A DNA stretch of 64,000 bases from Vicinamibacterales bacterium (GCA_035263125.1 DATFRP010000284.1:967-64966); one strand, 5' to 3'. Shown: positions 15,925 through 25,741, numbered from the stretch's first letter. Numbers and translations: made by a program. The notes: generated from the sequence alone by a model not told the origin.

Positions 15925-17634
15925 TCAGGAGCGCGCTCGGGTGCGACCGAGGGTTTCGCTTTCGCCTTTCGATTTGTGTTTGCCTTTCGCCTGTCCTCGA
16001 GACTGCTCAAGGCTGCCCGCCGCCAGCAGATCGCGAGCGCTCGCCCGCACCTGGTCGGTGACGATCGCGCCTCCGATCATGCGGCCAATCTCCTCTACGC
16101 GTCCATCGTCATCGAGCGCCCGAACCGAGGTGACGGTGCGAGTACCGCGAACTGTCTTGTCGATGTGGAAGTGGGTCGATGCGCGCGAGGCGATCTGTGG
16201 CAGATGCGTGATGCACAGCACCTGGAACCGCTCGCCGAGTCGACCGAGTCGCGATCCGACGACATCGGCGACCCGCCCGCCGATCCCGGCATCCACTTCA
16301 TCGAAGATCAACGTCTTCCCGCCCTGGAGGTCCACCGACATCGTCTTGAGGGCGAGCATGACGCGTGACAGCTCTCCGCCAGACACGATCCGAGACAGCG
16401 GACGGAGATCCTCGCCGGGGTTGGGTGACACGTAAAACTCGGCTCGATCGATGCCGCGCTCGGTCCACTCGTCGGCCGAGACCGCAGCCTCGTTGAATCG
16501 TACCTCGAAGCGGGTCTGCTCCATCGCAAGCTCGGCCAGCAGCGCTTCGAGCGGCGCGGCGAACTGCCGGGCGGCAGCGCGTCTTTTCGACGACAACGTG
16601 CGGGCAGCGTCGAGATACTCGGCCGACGCCGCGGTCAGCGCTCGCTCGAGGTCTGCGGCACTCTCGCCGGCGCCCGTCAGGAGGCCGCGCTCGTTTCGAA
16701 GCGCGCTTCCCTTCTCGAGGACGTCGTGGAGCGTTGGACCGTACTTCCGCTTCAGGCGCTCGAGCAGCGCCAGGCGGTCTTCGACGTGCTGCAAACGGGC
16801 CGGTGATGCATCGATGCCATCGGCGTAGCGCTGAAGAAACGCCGCCAGATCTTCGAGCTGCGGCTTGATCTCGTCGCGCGCCGCCAGATGCCCGGCAAAC
16901 TGCGCGTCGATCGTCGCGAGTTCGGCGACGCGTTTCCACACGCGGCCGAGACCCGCCAGAACGGCCTCGTCGCTCTCGTACAGCGTCGAGTAGCTCTCCT
17001 CGCACAATCGCTTGACGCGTTCGGCGTTTGCGAGAACGTGCTTCTCCGTCGCGAGCTCATCGTCCTCGCCGGCACGGGGCGCCGCTTTTTCGATGTCGTT
17101 CAACTGGAAGTCAATCAGGTCGAGGCGTGCAGCCTTCTCCCGGCCATCCATGCGGGCACGATCGAATTGCTCTCGTAGCGTTCGCACCGATTGCCACGCC
17201 GTGGCCACTCGCTCGACCCACGTGTCGAGGTGCGCGTAAGTGTCGACGAGCGGGAGATGCGAGAGCGGATCGAGCAGCGCCTGATGCTCGTGTTGTCCGT
17301 GCAGCTCGACGAGCCTCGACGAGAGATCGCGCAGAGCCGCCGCGGTCGCGACTGCGCCATTGATGAACGATCGGCTGCGCCCCTGACTCGTGACCTCGCG
17401 TCTCACGAGCAGCGTCCGGTCGCCATCCTGGAAGACTGCTTCTATTGTGGCCTGCGGCTCACCCGTACGAACGAGATCGGCAGAGGCACGTCCACCCAGC
17501 AGAAGCCCAACCGCCTCGACCACGATCGACTTGCCTGCACCAGTTTCTCCCGTCAAGACGTTGAAGCCGGGGCCGAACTCGACCTCGACGGACTCGATGA
17601 CCGCCAGGTTGCGGATGCGGAGGACGCGCAGCAT
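15925..17634 (-). CDS. recN: DNA repair protein RecN
   Basis: 569 aa beginning MLRVLRIRNLAVIESVEVEFGPGFNVLTGETGAGKSI. It has a long coiled-coil middle and C-terminal SGGELSRVMLAL and LIFDEVDAGIGG motifs. Confidence 0.9.
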   Translation of the reverse strand: MLRVLRIRNLAVIESVEVEFGPGFNVLTGETGAGKSIVVEAVGLLLGGRASADLVRTGEPQATIEAVFQDGDRTLLVRREVTSQGRSRSFINGAVATAAALRDLSSRLVELHGQHEHQALLDPLSHLPLVDTYAHLDTWVERVATAWQSVRTLREQFDRARMDGREKAARLDLIDFQLNDIEKAAPRAGEDDELATEKHVLANAERVKRLCEESYSTLYESDEAVLAGLGRVWKRVAELATIDAQFAGHLAARDEIKPQLEDLAAFLQRYADGIDASPARLQHVEDRLALLERLKRKYGPTLHDVLEKGSALRNERGLLTGAGESAADLERALTAASAEYLDAARTLSSKRRAAARQFAAPLEALLAELAMEQTRFEVRFNEAAVSADEWTERGIDRAEFYVSPNPGEDLRPLSRIVSGGELSRVMLALKTMSVDLQGGKTLIFDEVDAGIGGRVADVVGSRLGRLGERFQVLCITHLPQIASRASTHFHIDKTVRGTRTVTSVRALDDDGRVEEIGRMIGGAIVTDQVRASARDLLAAGSLEQSRGQAKGKHKSKGESETLGRTRARS

Positions 17635-17741
17635 GTAGGCGGAACTTCCATCCTATCATACGTTTGACAGCACTTCTGCCGCATGTTAGTCTGCTTGGTG
17701 CGCTGTCCCAGCGGCGCATCCCCCACAAACCGGAGGCGTCG

Positions 17742-18491
17742 GTGTATAGCCTTGGCTCGTCCATCCTTGCACTTCAGGTGCAGGACGTTGCCCCGCTAGC
17801 TGGGAGCGGTGGCATTCTCAAGATCATTGCGGACACTGGTCCGCTCAATCAGGCCGTCCTAGGGATTCTGGTGATCTTTTCGATCGTCTCTTGGGCGATC
17901 ATCCTGTTCAAGACGTTCTCGTACCGTAGAGTGGAAAGACAGACCGCGACGTTCCTTGAAGTGTTTCGTCGCAGTCAGAAATTTTCCGAAGTGCAAGCGA
18001 TCTGTCCGTCCCTGCCGCACAGCCCGCTCGTGGGCGTCTTTCAAGCGGGTTACGCCGAGCTCAACGCCCAGTTCAGGCTGTCGAACTCATCGTCGAGTCC
18101 GGGTGGCTCACCTGGTCGTCCAATCCTGAAGAGCCTGGAAGCGGTGGATCGCGCACTGATCCGCGCCGCCACATCGGAGGTCAACCGCCTGGAGCGGCGC
18201 CTGACGTTTCTCGCGACGACAGCTAGCGTGTCGCCGTTCATCGGACTCTTCGGAACTGTCGTCGGCATCACGATCGCCTTTCAGCGGATCGGGATGACCG
18301 GTTCGACGAATCTTGCGGTGGTGGGACCTGGAATCAGCGAGGCCTTGATCGCGACGGCCGCGGGACTCTTTGCGGCAATACCCGCGGTGGTCTTCTATAA
18401 CCACTTCGTGCATCGCGTGAAGGATTTCTCGGCGACGATGGACGATTTCTCGCTGGAGTTCCTCAACATCGCCGAGCGGAATTTCACCTAA
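17742..18491 (+). CDS. tolQ: Tol-Pal system protein TolQ (MotA/TolQ/ExbB family)
   Basis: Motifs are GILVIFSIVSWAIILFK, ATTASVSPFIGLFGTVVGI and ISEALIATAAGLFAAIPAVVFYN. The in-frame GTG at 17742 is preceded by GGAGG (17732-17736). The track TTG start at 17664 is less likely. Confidence 0.85.
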   Translation: MYSLGSSILALQVQDVAPLAGSGGILKIIADTGPLNQAVLGILVIFSIVSWAIILFKTFSYRRVERQTATFLEVFRRSQKFSEVQAICPSLPHSPLVGVFQAGYAELNAQFRLSNSSSSPGGSPGRPILKSLEAVDRALIRAATSEVNRLERRLTFLATTASVSPFIGLFGTVVGITIAFQRIGMTGSTNLAVVGPGISEALIATAAGLFAAIPAVVFYNHFVHRVKDFSATMDDFSLEFLNIAERNFT

Positions 18492-18952
18492 TGCCCAAGG
18501 TCATTGGTTCTGCACCGAATGCGGGCGGTCGTCACCAGCGCGGACGACGAGTCGGCTCGACACTGGCTGAGATCAACGTGATCCCGCTGGTCGACGTGAT
18601 GCTCGTGCTGCTGATCATCTTCATGGTGGCGGCACCGATGCTGCAGCGCGGGATCGAGATCAAGTTGCCGGTCTCGTCGAAAACGCAGGAAATTTCGAGC
18701 GAGCGCGTGTTTGTCGACGTGCCGGGCTCGTTCCGCAAGGAACGTCGCGTGTATCTCGGAAAGGAGCCGATCGGGATGACGGCCCTTGCCGAGCGCCTAC
18801 GACAGTTGATGCTCACTCGAGCCGATAAGCAGGCATACCTGCGCATCGATCGACAACTGTCGATTCAGGACCAGATCGACGTGATGCAGGAGATGAAAGC
18901 AGCGGGCGTCGTGGACGTGGGCCTCGTCCTGGATGTTCCCAATAGCCGGTGA
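18491..18952 (+). CDS. tolR: Tol-Pal system protein TolR (ExbD/TolR family)
   Basis: 153 aa with LAEINVIPLVDVMLVLLIIFMV followed by a periplasmic ExbD-like domain. The start overlaps the tolQ stop. Confidence 0.85.
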   Translation: MPKVIGSAPNAGGRHQRGRRVGSTLAEINVIPLVDVMLVLLIIFMVAAPMLQRGIEIKLPVSSKTQEISSERVFVDVPGSFRKERRVYLGKEPIGMTALAERLRQLMLTRADKQAYLRIDRQLSIQDQIDVMQEMKAAGVVDVGLVLDVPNSR

Positions 18953-19733
18953 CGCACCTGTGTCTGAAGCCGTGACCAACGTCATCGTCGCACGATCACA
19001 CGAGCCTGACGGGCTCAGCACGATGGTTGTGTGGTCGATTGCCGCGCACGCGGCCCTTGTCGCTGTCGCGCTCCTGTGGCCTGTCGGCGCGGTTGAGCCG
19101 CCGCCAACCTTCATGACCGTCAGCCTGACTGGTGCGCCCGGACCGAAAACGGAAGGGCTCAACCAGATCGGTGGCGAACAACCGATACAAGAAACGCCAC
19201 CCCAGCCTGTCAAGGAGCCTGTCAAAGAGGTGGAGGCACCTCCCGCGCCGAAAGCGCCGGCGATGACGCTGCCTGACCCGAAGGCGCGCACCCGCGCGCA
19301 AACGAAGGCCAAGGAGGCTCCATCCGATGCGATCGCGCCCAGGCCGAGTGTCGGTGAACGGCCCCGTGAAGGCACTGCTCGCGTCCGCGGTCAGGGATTC
19401 GGTACTGGACTCAGCAGTTCGGGTGGAAGCGGCGGCGGCGTGCAACTCGATGGTGTGACCGACTTCTGCTGCCCCGAGTACATCGATCAGATGCGGGTGT
19501 TCATTCAGCGCAATTGGGATCAGGGTCAGGGTGTTGCCGGGTCCACAGGAGTGAAGTTCACGATCATGCGGAACGGAATGATTCAGACGCCCCAGATCGA
19601 GAGGCCGAGCGGCTTCGATGTGCTCGACCTCGCCGCCTTGCGGGCGGTGCAACGGACCACGTTGCCTCCCCTTCCGAACGAGTTTCCGAACCCGACACTG
19701 ACGGTTCATATGAGATTCGACTACTCGCGGTGA
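18933..19733 (+). CDS. TolA-like energy transducer with TonB-type C-terminal domain
   Basis: It has an N-terminal TM (VVWSIAAHAALVAVALLW) and a Pro/Lys/Ala-rich spacer (PPQPVKEPVKEVEAPPAPKAP). The C-terminus reads YIDQMRVFIQRNW...VKFTIMRNGMIQTPQIERPSGFDVLDLAALRAV. It sits between tolR and tolB. The exact start is uncertain (18933, 18960, 18972 or 19023). Confidence 0.65.
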   Translation: MFPIAGDAPVSEAVTNVIVARSHEPDGLSTMVVWSIAAHAALVAVALLWPVGAVEPPPTFMTVSLTGAPGPKTEGLNQIGGEQPIQETPPQPVKEPVKEVEAPPAPKAPAMTLPDPKARTRAQTKAKEAPSDAIAPRPSVGERPREGTARVRGQGFGTGLSSSGGSGGGVQLDGVTDFCCPEYIDQMRVFIQRNWDQGQGVAGSTGVKFTIMRNGMIQTPQIERPSGFDVLDLAALRAVQRTTLPPLPNEFPNPTLTVHMRFDYSR

Positions 19734-19735
19734 TC

Positions 19736-21103
19736 ATGACAAAGCGACAGATGCAGTTGAGATTCAGCCTTGCGGTCGGGGTAATTGGAGTCGCCCTCCT
19801 TGCCGTCCATCTGCCCGCCGCCTCCCCGCAGGGGCAGCAACAGCCGTCCGACATCGTTTTGGTGATCAATGGCGACCCGGGCACACCGCCGCGCTATGCG
19901 GTGCCCGACTTCGTGGCCTTGACGCCCGACGCCGCTGAGGCCGCCAAAACGATCGGTCAGGTGTTATGGGACGACCTGAATTACGAAAAGGAGTTCTATC
20001 TCATCCCCCGTGACACCTATGGCAGCGTGCCCGCCGCGCGTTCGCCCGAGACCATCCCGTTTGCATCCTGGCGCGAGCTCGGTGCCGACGCGGTGGTGTT
20101 CGGCACGGTGCAGCGCACGGGCAACGATGTCCGCGTGCAGGTGCGGCTCTTCAACGTGCGCACGCGACAGTCGGTGTTCGCGAAGGAATACGGCGGCAGC
20201 GCGGCCAACCCGCGCCTCTACCCGCACACCATCGCCGACGAAATTCATCAGCAGCAGCGCGGGCTGCGGGGTGTCGCGCGCACGAAGCTGGCGTTCGTCT
20301 CCGATCGCAACCGCCAGCGGGTGGACGGCACGGTCGAGAACCGTGAAGTCAAAGAGATTTACATCGCGGACTACGATGGCGCAAACGCGAGGCGGGTCAC
20401 GACGAGCCGACAGCTGAATGCCAATCCGAACTGGGCACCCGACGGTCGCGCGCTCGCGTACACGACCTGGCGGCCCAACCCGGACGTGTTCATCTCGTTC
20501 ATCTATCAGGGTGTCATGCAGAATCCAACCAAGGGCGTCGGCACGAACTATCTGCCGGTCTTCTCACCCGACGGCAAACAGATCGCGTTCATGTCCGGTC
20601 GCAATGGCAACCCCGAGATCTACGCGATGAACGTCGACGGCTCGAATCTCCGCCGCCTCACGAATCATCCCGCTGGGGACAGCAGTCCGACCTGGTCTCC
20701 AAATGGCACGCAGATCGCGTTCACTTCGGATCGTACTGGGAAGCCTCAGATCTACGTGATGAGCTCGGTCGATGGATCGAATCTGCGTCGGATCACGGTC
20801 GACGAATCGGAAGCTGATCGCCCGACGTGGTCACCGTCGATCAACGAGATCGCCTTCGCCGCGCGCACGAGCAGCAGCGGATTCGACATCAAGGTCTACG
20901 ACCCCAACTCGGGTCAGACGCAGAAGATCACCTTTGGTGAAGGAACCAACGAGAGCCCCGCGTATGCGCCAAATGGCCGTCACCTCGCGTTTTCGTCGAC
21001 GCGAAGCGGACGCACGCAGATCTACACAGTCGGTCGAGACGGAAAGGACCTGCGGCAGATCACTCGCGATGGGAGTAATCAGACGCCGGCCTGGTCCAAT
21101 TAA
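19736..21103 (+). CDS. tolB: Tol-Pal system beta-propeller protein TolB
   Basis: The ATG at 19736 gives a signal peptide, MTKRQMQLRFSLAVGVIGVALLA. This is followed by a TolB N-domain and repeated PxWSPDG-type blades (NWAPDGRALAY, VFSPDGKQIAF, TWSPNGTQIAF, PAYAPNGRHLAF). The track start 19514 lies inside the tolA-like gene. Confidence 0.9.
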   Translation: MTKRQMQLRFSLAVGVIGVALLAVHLPAASPQGQQQPSDIVLVINGDPGTPPRYAVPDFVALTPDAAEAAKTIGQVLWDDLNYEKEFYLIPRDTYGSVPAARSPETIPFASWRELGADAVVFGTVQRTGNDVRVQVRLFNVRTRQSVFAKEYGGSAANPRLYPHTIADEIHQQQRGLRGVARTKLAFVSDRNRQRVDGTVENREVKEIYIADYDGANARRVTTSRQLNANPNWAPDGRALAYTTWRPNPDVFISFIYQGVMQNPTKGVGTNYLPVFSPDGKQIAFMSGRNGNPEIYAMNVDGSNLRRLTNHPAGDSSPTWSPNGTQIAFTSDRTGKPQIYVMSSVDGSNLRRITVDESEADRPTWSPSINEIAFAARTSSSGFDIKVYDPNSGQTQKITFGEGTNESPAYAPNGRHLAFSSTRSGRTQIYTVGRDGKDLRQITRDGSNQTPAWSN

Positions 21104-21129
21104 CAACAACGTTGCACGAGGAAGCATCT

Positions 21130-21702
21130 ATGCGAAATCAGAAAGCCGCCATCATCGTCGGACTCGTTGTGGTCGCCCTCGCGGGCGGCTGCTCGCGCAA
21201 CAAGAAGCCGGCCACTTCTCCCCAGCCAGCGCCAACACTCACGGATGCGACTGAGACGGCGCCTCCAGCACCTCCGCAGCGCGTGGAAGAGTCCGTTCCC
21301 CTGCCGCAGCCGAACCTTTCCGAGGACGCGGTTGCCAACAAGTCGATTGATGATCTGAACCGCAACTCTCCGTTGAAGCCGATCTTCTTTCCGCTCGACA
21401 GCGCCGAACTCGACGAGAGCGGTCGCGCGATTGCAAACGCCGACGCCGACGTACTGAAGAGATATGCGACGTGGGCGATTACGATTGAGGGACACTGCGA
21501 CGAGCGCGGCACCGCCGAGTACAACCTCGCCCTCGGGGAGCGGCGCGCCACCGCAGTAAAGGCCTACCTGGCGTCACTTGGCGTGTCCGGCGAGCGCATC
21601 AAGACCGTCAGCTACGGGAAGGAATTCCCCTTCGATATGGGGCACAGCGAGGACGCGTGGTCGAAGAACCGCCGAGGTCATCTCGTCATCACGTCGAAAT
21701 AG
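21130..21702 (+). CDS. pal: Peptidoglycan-associated lipoprotein Pal (OmpA family)
   Basis: The N-terminus MRNQKAAIIVGLVVVALAGGC carries a lipobox. The OmpA-like domain reads IFFPLDSAELDESGR, ITIEGHCDERGTAEYNLALGERRA and SYGKEFP. Confidence 0.9.
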   Translation: MRNQKAAIIVGLVVVALAGGCSRNKKPATSPQPAPTLTDATETAPPAPPQRVEESVPLPQPNLSEDAVANKSIDDLNRNSPLKPIFFPLDSAELDESGRAIANADADVLKRYATWAITIEGHCDERGTAEYNLALGERRATAVKAYLASLGVSGERIKTVSYGKEFPFDMGHSEDAWSKNRRGHLVITSK

Positions 21703-21746
21703 ACTAGTAAGAGAGCCGTGAGACGACGGCTGAACGAGGGCACCGC

Positions 21747-22640
21747 ATGCAGAAAACCATTACGGTATTCGCCGTCGCGCTGATACTGTCCGCGTTGGGG
21801 GCCGTGCCGGCCGGCGCGCAGAACCGCGAGCATCAGCAGATGACCGCGGAGCTGCGCATGCTTCAGGAGCAGACCCAGCAACTCGCGCTCTCGCTCGCGC
21901 AGATCGCAGACGCCATCAAGGCTCTCAACACGCGTCTTGATGCCTCCGATCAGGGTGCACAGAAACGGTTCGCCGATCAGGAGCTGCTGATCAAGAACCT
22001 GACGAGCGAACTCAGCACCATTCGCGAACGCACACAGGACACTGACACGCGGCTGCGCTCCCTGTCCGACGAGATCAGCGCGCTGCGATCGACGGTCACC
22101 TCCCTGCCGAACTTGTTGACGTCCGGAGGAGCCAGCTCACCTGGTGTTGACTCCTCCTCCGCTTCGACTGCGCCGAGTCCGGCTGGTGTTGCCGCCACAC
22201 CGACGTCATCGCCATCGACGGGGTCGTCAACGCTCGGCCTCTCCCCCTCTCGGATGCTGGAGAGCGCCCGTTCGGACTATTTCTCGGGGTCGTATGCATC
22301 GGCGATCACCGGCTTCGAAGCGCTCGTGAAAGCGTTTCCGACCAGCGAAGCTGCCGCTGAAGCCTACTACTACCTCGGAGAGACGTACTACACCCAGAAG
22401 CGGAATCAGGATGCGGTTTCCGCATATACACGCGTCATTCAGAGTTACCCCAAATCGAATTGGCTGCCCGACGCGTACTTCAAACGTGGCCGCGCACTCG
22501 AGGCGCTCGGTCAGGTCGACGAAGCTCGCGCATCGTACGAACAATTGATCAAGAACTTTGCGGGTTCGGCCCCGGCCGGCCTCGCCAGACAGCGTCTCGA
22601 CGCGTTGCGACGACAGTCTTCCACGCCAGCGAAGCCCTGA
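21747..22640 (+). CDS. cpoB: Tol-Pal system protein CpoB/YbgF (coiled coil + TPR)
   Basis: It has a signal peptide, an N-terminal coiled coil, a Ser/Pro linker and a C-terminal TPR region (YFSGSYASAITGFEALVKAFP...AYYYLGETYY...PDAYFKRGRALEALG). It is the last gene of the tol-pal cluster. Confidence 0.8.
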   Translation: MQKTITVFAVALILSALGAVPAGAQNREHQQMTAELRMLQEQTQQLALSLAQIADAIKALNTRLDASDQGAQKRFADQELLIKNLTSELSTIRERTQDTDTRLRSLSDEISALRSTVTSLPNLLTSGGASSPGVDSSSASTAPSPAGVAATPTSSPSTGSSTLGLSPSRMLESARSDYFSGSYASAITGFEALVKAFPTSEAAAEAYYYLGETYYTQKRNQDAVSAYTRVIQSYPKSNWLPDAYFKRGRALEALGQVDEARASYEQLIKNFAGSAPAGLARQRLDALRRQSSTPAKP

Positions 22641-22642
22641 AC

Positions 22643-22665
22643 TTCGTGACCTCCCCCGTCACGAA
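22643..22665 (+). terminator. Hairpin immediately after cpoB stop (possible terminator, no U-tract)
   Basis: TTCGTGAC-ctccccc-GTCACGAA is a perfect 8-bp stem starting 3 nt after the stop codon. It is followed by aaacc rather than a T-run. Confidence 0.4.
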
Positions 22666-22801
22666 AACCTGTACAGTGTGAACTGAGGAGCGGACCTTGT
22701 GGACTGTGTCCACGGCACTCGACTGGTCCGCTCGGTACGCACGTGCACGGCAGCAGCTATTGCAGCCGTAGGGGCGGTCGATCCGCCCGAAAGGACGAAC
22801 G

Positions 22802-23239
22802 ATGGGCAGCGTGAACAAAGTCATTCTGGTCGGAAACCTGGGGCGTGACGCAGAGCTTCGCTACACGCCAGGAGGAGCCGCGGTCGCCACGCTGAATCTG
22901 GCGACCACCGAGGTGTGGAACGATCGAAACAATCAGCGCCAGGAGAAGACCGAATGGCACCGAGTGGTGCTGTGGGGCAAACCGGCTGAAAGCCTGCAGG
23001 AATATCTCACCAAGGGCAAACAGATCTACGTTGAGGGCCGCCTACAGACCCGTCAGTGGGACGACAAGGACGGAAACAAGCGGTACACGACTGAAATCAA
23101 AGCCGACCGTGTAACGCTGCTCGGCGGCGGAGGCGGACGCGGGTCTGCTGGAACGGATCGCGGGAGCTCACATGCGCCTGGCGGCAACGCGGACGAACCG
23201 CCCATGGAGCCGCTCACCGACGACGATATCCCCTTCTAG
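22802..23239 (+). CDS. ssb: Single-stranded DNA-binding protein
   Basis: 145 aa with [33 protein letters not shown], a Gly-rich tail and the acidic tip DDDIPF. Confidence 0.95.
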   Translation: MGSVNKVILVGNLGRDAELRYTPGGAAVATLNLATTEVWNDRNNQRQEKTEWHRVVLWGKPAESLQEYLTKGKQIYVEGRLQTRQWDDKDGNKRYTTEIKADRVTLLGGGGGRGSAGTDRGSSHAPGGNADEPPMEPLTDDDIPF

Positions 23240-23261
23240 CGGCCGTCGTCAGATATGAGGT

Positions 23262-23286
23262 GGAGGCAGGTGTCGAGCCTGCCTCC
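23262..23286. terminator. Bidirectional hairpin between convergent ssb and cupin genes
   Basis: GGAGGCAGG-tgtcgag-CCTGCCTCC is a perfect 9-bp GC-rich stem in the 74-nt convergent gap. There is no clear U-tract on either side. Confidence 0.45.
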
Positions 23287-23313
23287 CATCCCCATTCACG
23301 AACACTCGCCGCG

Positions 23314-23709
23314 CTAGGTACCCTGCCGCCCGTATCGATCTTCCAAGCGGACCACGTCATCGAGCTCCGGTGTCGAGACCTCGAACACATCGCAATCCTC
23401 GATCGCGGTCATACGGTGCACGGTCTTGGGCGAGACATGGATGGAATCGCCTGGGACCATCTCGCGTTCGGTGAGCTGTCCGTTGATCTCGATCTCGTAC
23501 AGCAGCCGCCCGGAGTAGAGATAGACCGTCTCATCCTTCACGTTGTGATACTGCAAGCTGAGCGCGTGGCCGGCGTTGATGTGCAGGATCTTGCCGACAT
23601 ACCGATCGGTCTTGGCCCAATGCAGTTCATAGCCCCACGGCTTTTCGACCCGTTTCACACCGCCGACTGCGCGCTGCTCCCCGTCTCCCACTGAACTCAT
23701 CGTGTTCAC
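23314..23709 (-). CDS. Cupin-domain protein (type II mannose-6-P isomerase C-terminal-like)
   Basis: 131 aa with KPWGYELHWA, LHINAGHALSLQYHNVKDETVYL and GDSIHVSPKTVHR, the two cupin motifs. The GTG start overlaps the ptsI stop (GTGA). Confidence 0.7.
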   Translation of the reverse strand: MNTMSSVGDGEQRAVGGVKRVEKPWGYELHWAKTDRYVGKILHINAGHALSLQYHNVKDETVYLYSGRLLYEIEINGQLTEREMVPGDSIHVSPKTVHRMTAIEDCDVFEVSTPELDDVVRLEDRYGRQGT

Positions 23710-25475
23710 CTCGTTGCACCGGCTGCTGGTGCAAACGTCTCCTGAAGGAATCGCTCGATGTCATCGACGGTGGCGAGCCTGCGTACATGCGCGGCGATCT
23801 TCGTCATGTCGGCGGCGCTGGTCTCCTGCACGACGTGGCGCGCGATCGGCAGCGCGCCCGGCGTCATGCTGAACTCGGTGAGCCCGCATCCGATCAGCAC
23901 ACGGAGGAGGAGCGGATCGGACGCCATCTCACCACAGAGCGAGACCGGGATGCCGTGATGCGTGGCCGCGCGACGCACGTGACGCAGCAGCTTCAGCACT
24001 GCTGGATGCAGTGGCTGATAGCGGTTGGAGACGCGATCGTCGGTGCGATCCACCGCCAGCAGATACTGAATGAGATCATTTGTGCCGATCGTGAAGAAGT
24101 CGACTTCGGGCGCGAGCAGCGAGGCGGTCAACGCTGAGGACGGCACTTCAATCATGATGCCGACCGGAAGCATCGGCGTCTCAATCCCCCGCGCCATCAG
24201 CTCCGCACGCGCCTCATCGAGCAGGGACTTCGCACTGCGCACTTCGAGCAGCGACGAGACGAACGGGAACATGATGCGCACCGGCCCATGCGCCGCCGCT
24301 CGGAGCAGGGCTCGAAGCTGCGTCTTGAAGATCGCCGGCTGTGCGAGCCCGAAGCGAATGCCACGCAGCCCGGCATGTCCGCTGCGCTCGTCGTCGGGAA
24401 ACCATCGCGCGTCGAGCGCCGCGTCGACCAGCGGCCGCGCCAGCTGGCGCTCGTCGATGTCGAATGTTCGTATCGTCACCGGCCGCGGCGACATGCGTTC
24501 GACGAGCTGCCGATACACGTGATACTGCTCGTCTTCGGCGGCCATGTCGGGCGGTCCGCCGACCAGCATGAACTCGGATCGATAGAGCCCGATGCCTTCG
24601 GCTCCCGCGTCGATCGCGGTCGCGACATCGTCGGAGCGCTCGATGTTGGCCTGCAGGACGATCCGCACGCCATCGCTCGTCTGCAACGGACCGTCTTCGC
24701 GGCTCGCGACCGACACGAACGCACGCGATCGCCGGGCCACGGCTTCAGCCTCCAGGCACGCCTCGGGGGTCGGATCGAGCGCGACATCTCCAGTCTCACC
24801 GTCCAGGATGACCGCGGCGCCGGTCGGCACCCGCCGGCTCACGTCGTGCAGACCGACGACGGCCGGAACGCCAAGCGATCGAGCGAGGATGGCGGTATGG
24901 TAGGTGCGGCTGCCGGCGTCGGTCGCAAAGCCTTGAATGCGCGTCCAGTCGAGCTGCGCCACGACCGACGGCGTGAGCTCGTCCGCGACGAGCACGCAGG
25001 GAGCATCGAGATCCTGAAGACGATCGCGCGGCTCGCCCCGCTCTTCGCGCAGGTTCATCCGAAGACGACCGGCGACGTCGTGCAGGTCGCCCTTCCGTTC
25101 GCGAAGATACGGGTCGTCGATGCCGTCGAATACCGTGCTGACTTCGTCGACCGCCCTCTGCACGGCCCACTCGGCATTCACCCGCTCGTCGCGGACGAAC
25201 GACGCCGCGCGCGCCACGATCATCGCATCGTCGAGCATGAGCAGCTGGGCGTCGAAGATCGACGCCAGGTCGGATCCCTTGATCTCGGCAAACCGGCGGC
25301 GGATCTGCTCGAGTTGATCGCGCGACCGCTGGCGGGCCCGTTCGAGCGCCGTCAACTCGCGTCCGACCCGATCGAGGGCGATGGGAAAGCGGATGACCTG
25401 CATCCGCTGAATCGCGACCAGCGCGGGCCCCACTGCGATGCCCGGCGACACACCGATACCCTTCAAACGTTCCAC
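23706..25475 (-). CDS. ptsI: Phosphoenolpyruvate-protein phosphotransferase (PTS Enzyme I)
   Basis: 589 aa with MERLKGIGVSPGIAVGPA, the phospho-His region GSRTYHTAILARSLGVPAVVG, and FFTIGTNDLIQY in the PEP-utilising C-domain. Confidence 0.9.
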   Translation of the reverse strand: MERLKGIGVSPGIAVGPALVAIQRMQVIRFPIALDRVGRELTALERARQRSRDQLEQIRRRFAEIKGSDLASIFDAQLLMLDDAMIVARAASFVRDERVNAEWAVQRAVDEVSTVFDGIDDPYLRERKGDLHDVAGRLRMNLREERGEPRDRLQDLDAPCVLVADELTPSVVAQLDWTRIQGFATDAGSRTYHTAILARSLGVPAVVGLHDVSRRVPTGAAVILDGETGDVALDPTPEACLEAEAVARRSRAFVSVASREDGPLQTSDGVRIVLQANIERSDDVATAIDAGAEGIGLYRSEFMLVGGPPDMAAEDEQYHVYRQLVERMSPRPVTIRTFDIDERQLARPLVDAALDARWFPDDERSGHAGLRGIRFGLAQPAIFKTQLRALLRAAAHGPVRIMFPFVSSLLEVRSAKSLLDEARAELMARGIETPMLPVGIMIEVPSSALTASLLAPEVDFFTIGTNDLIQYLLAVDRTDDRVSNRYQPLHPAVLKLLRHVRRAATHHGIPVSLCGEMASDPLLLRVLIGCGLTEFSMTPGALPIARHVVQETSAADMTKIAAHVRRLATVDDIERFLQETFAPAAGATR

Positions 25476-25741
25476 GATTCCTCGCCAAAGCCCGATTGAA
25501 CGAGTTGTACCAGGGCGTCCACCGCCGCCTGCTCGTCCGGCCCGATTGCCGTAAGCGTGATCACGGTACCGCGCGCGGCCGCGAGCAGCAGGATCCCCAT
25601 GATGCTCTTGCCGTCCATGACCTTGGCGCCGTGGCCGACGCGAATCTGCGACTCGAAGCGTGTCGCCAGATGCACGAATCGCGCCGCGGCGCGCGCGTGC
25701 AGGCCGAGTTGATTCACGACGGTCACCGAGCGTGTGGTCAC
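25463..25741 (-). CDS. ptsH: Phosphocarrier protein HPr
   Basis: 92 aa. VVNQLGLHARAAARF carries the His15 site and DGKSIMGILLL carries the Ser46-type site for HprK. Confidence 0.85.
   Translation of the reverse strand: MTTRSVTVVNQLGLHARAAARFVHLATRFESQIRVGHGAKVMDGKSIMGILLLAAARGTVITLTAIGPDEQAAVDALVQLVQSGFGEESWNV

Noticed and set aside
19514-19735. Upstream-extended starts offered by the ORF track: tolB 19514, nagB 2884, ADOP permease 57527, tsaB 52003, DUF465 50692, miaB 16010, pssA 49678, pal 21112.
   Set aside because: Each extension overlaps a neighbouring well-supported gene or adds non-conserved Arg-rich sequence. Internal starts restore canonical N-termini, signal peptides or RBS contexts.
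22669-22685. An E. coli-type SOS box (CTGT-N8-ACAG) upstream of ssb, and a comparable site upstream of recN (17635-17700).
   Set aside because: CTGTACAGTGTGAACT has AACT where ACAG is required. The recN upstream region (CTGTCAAACGTATGA on the minus strand) does not share a convincing common motif. No Cheo-box-like GAAC-N4-GTTC was seen either.
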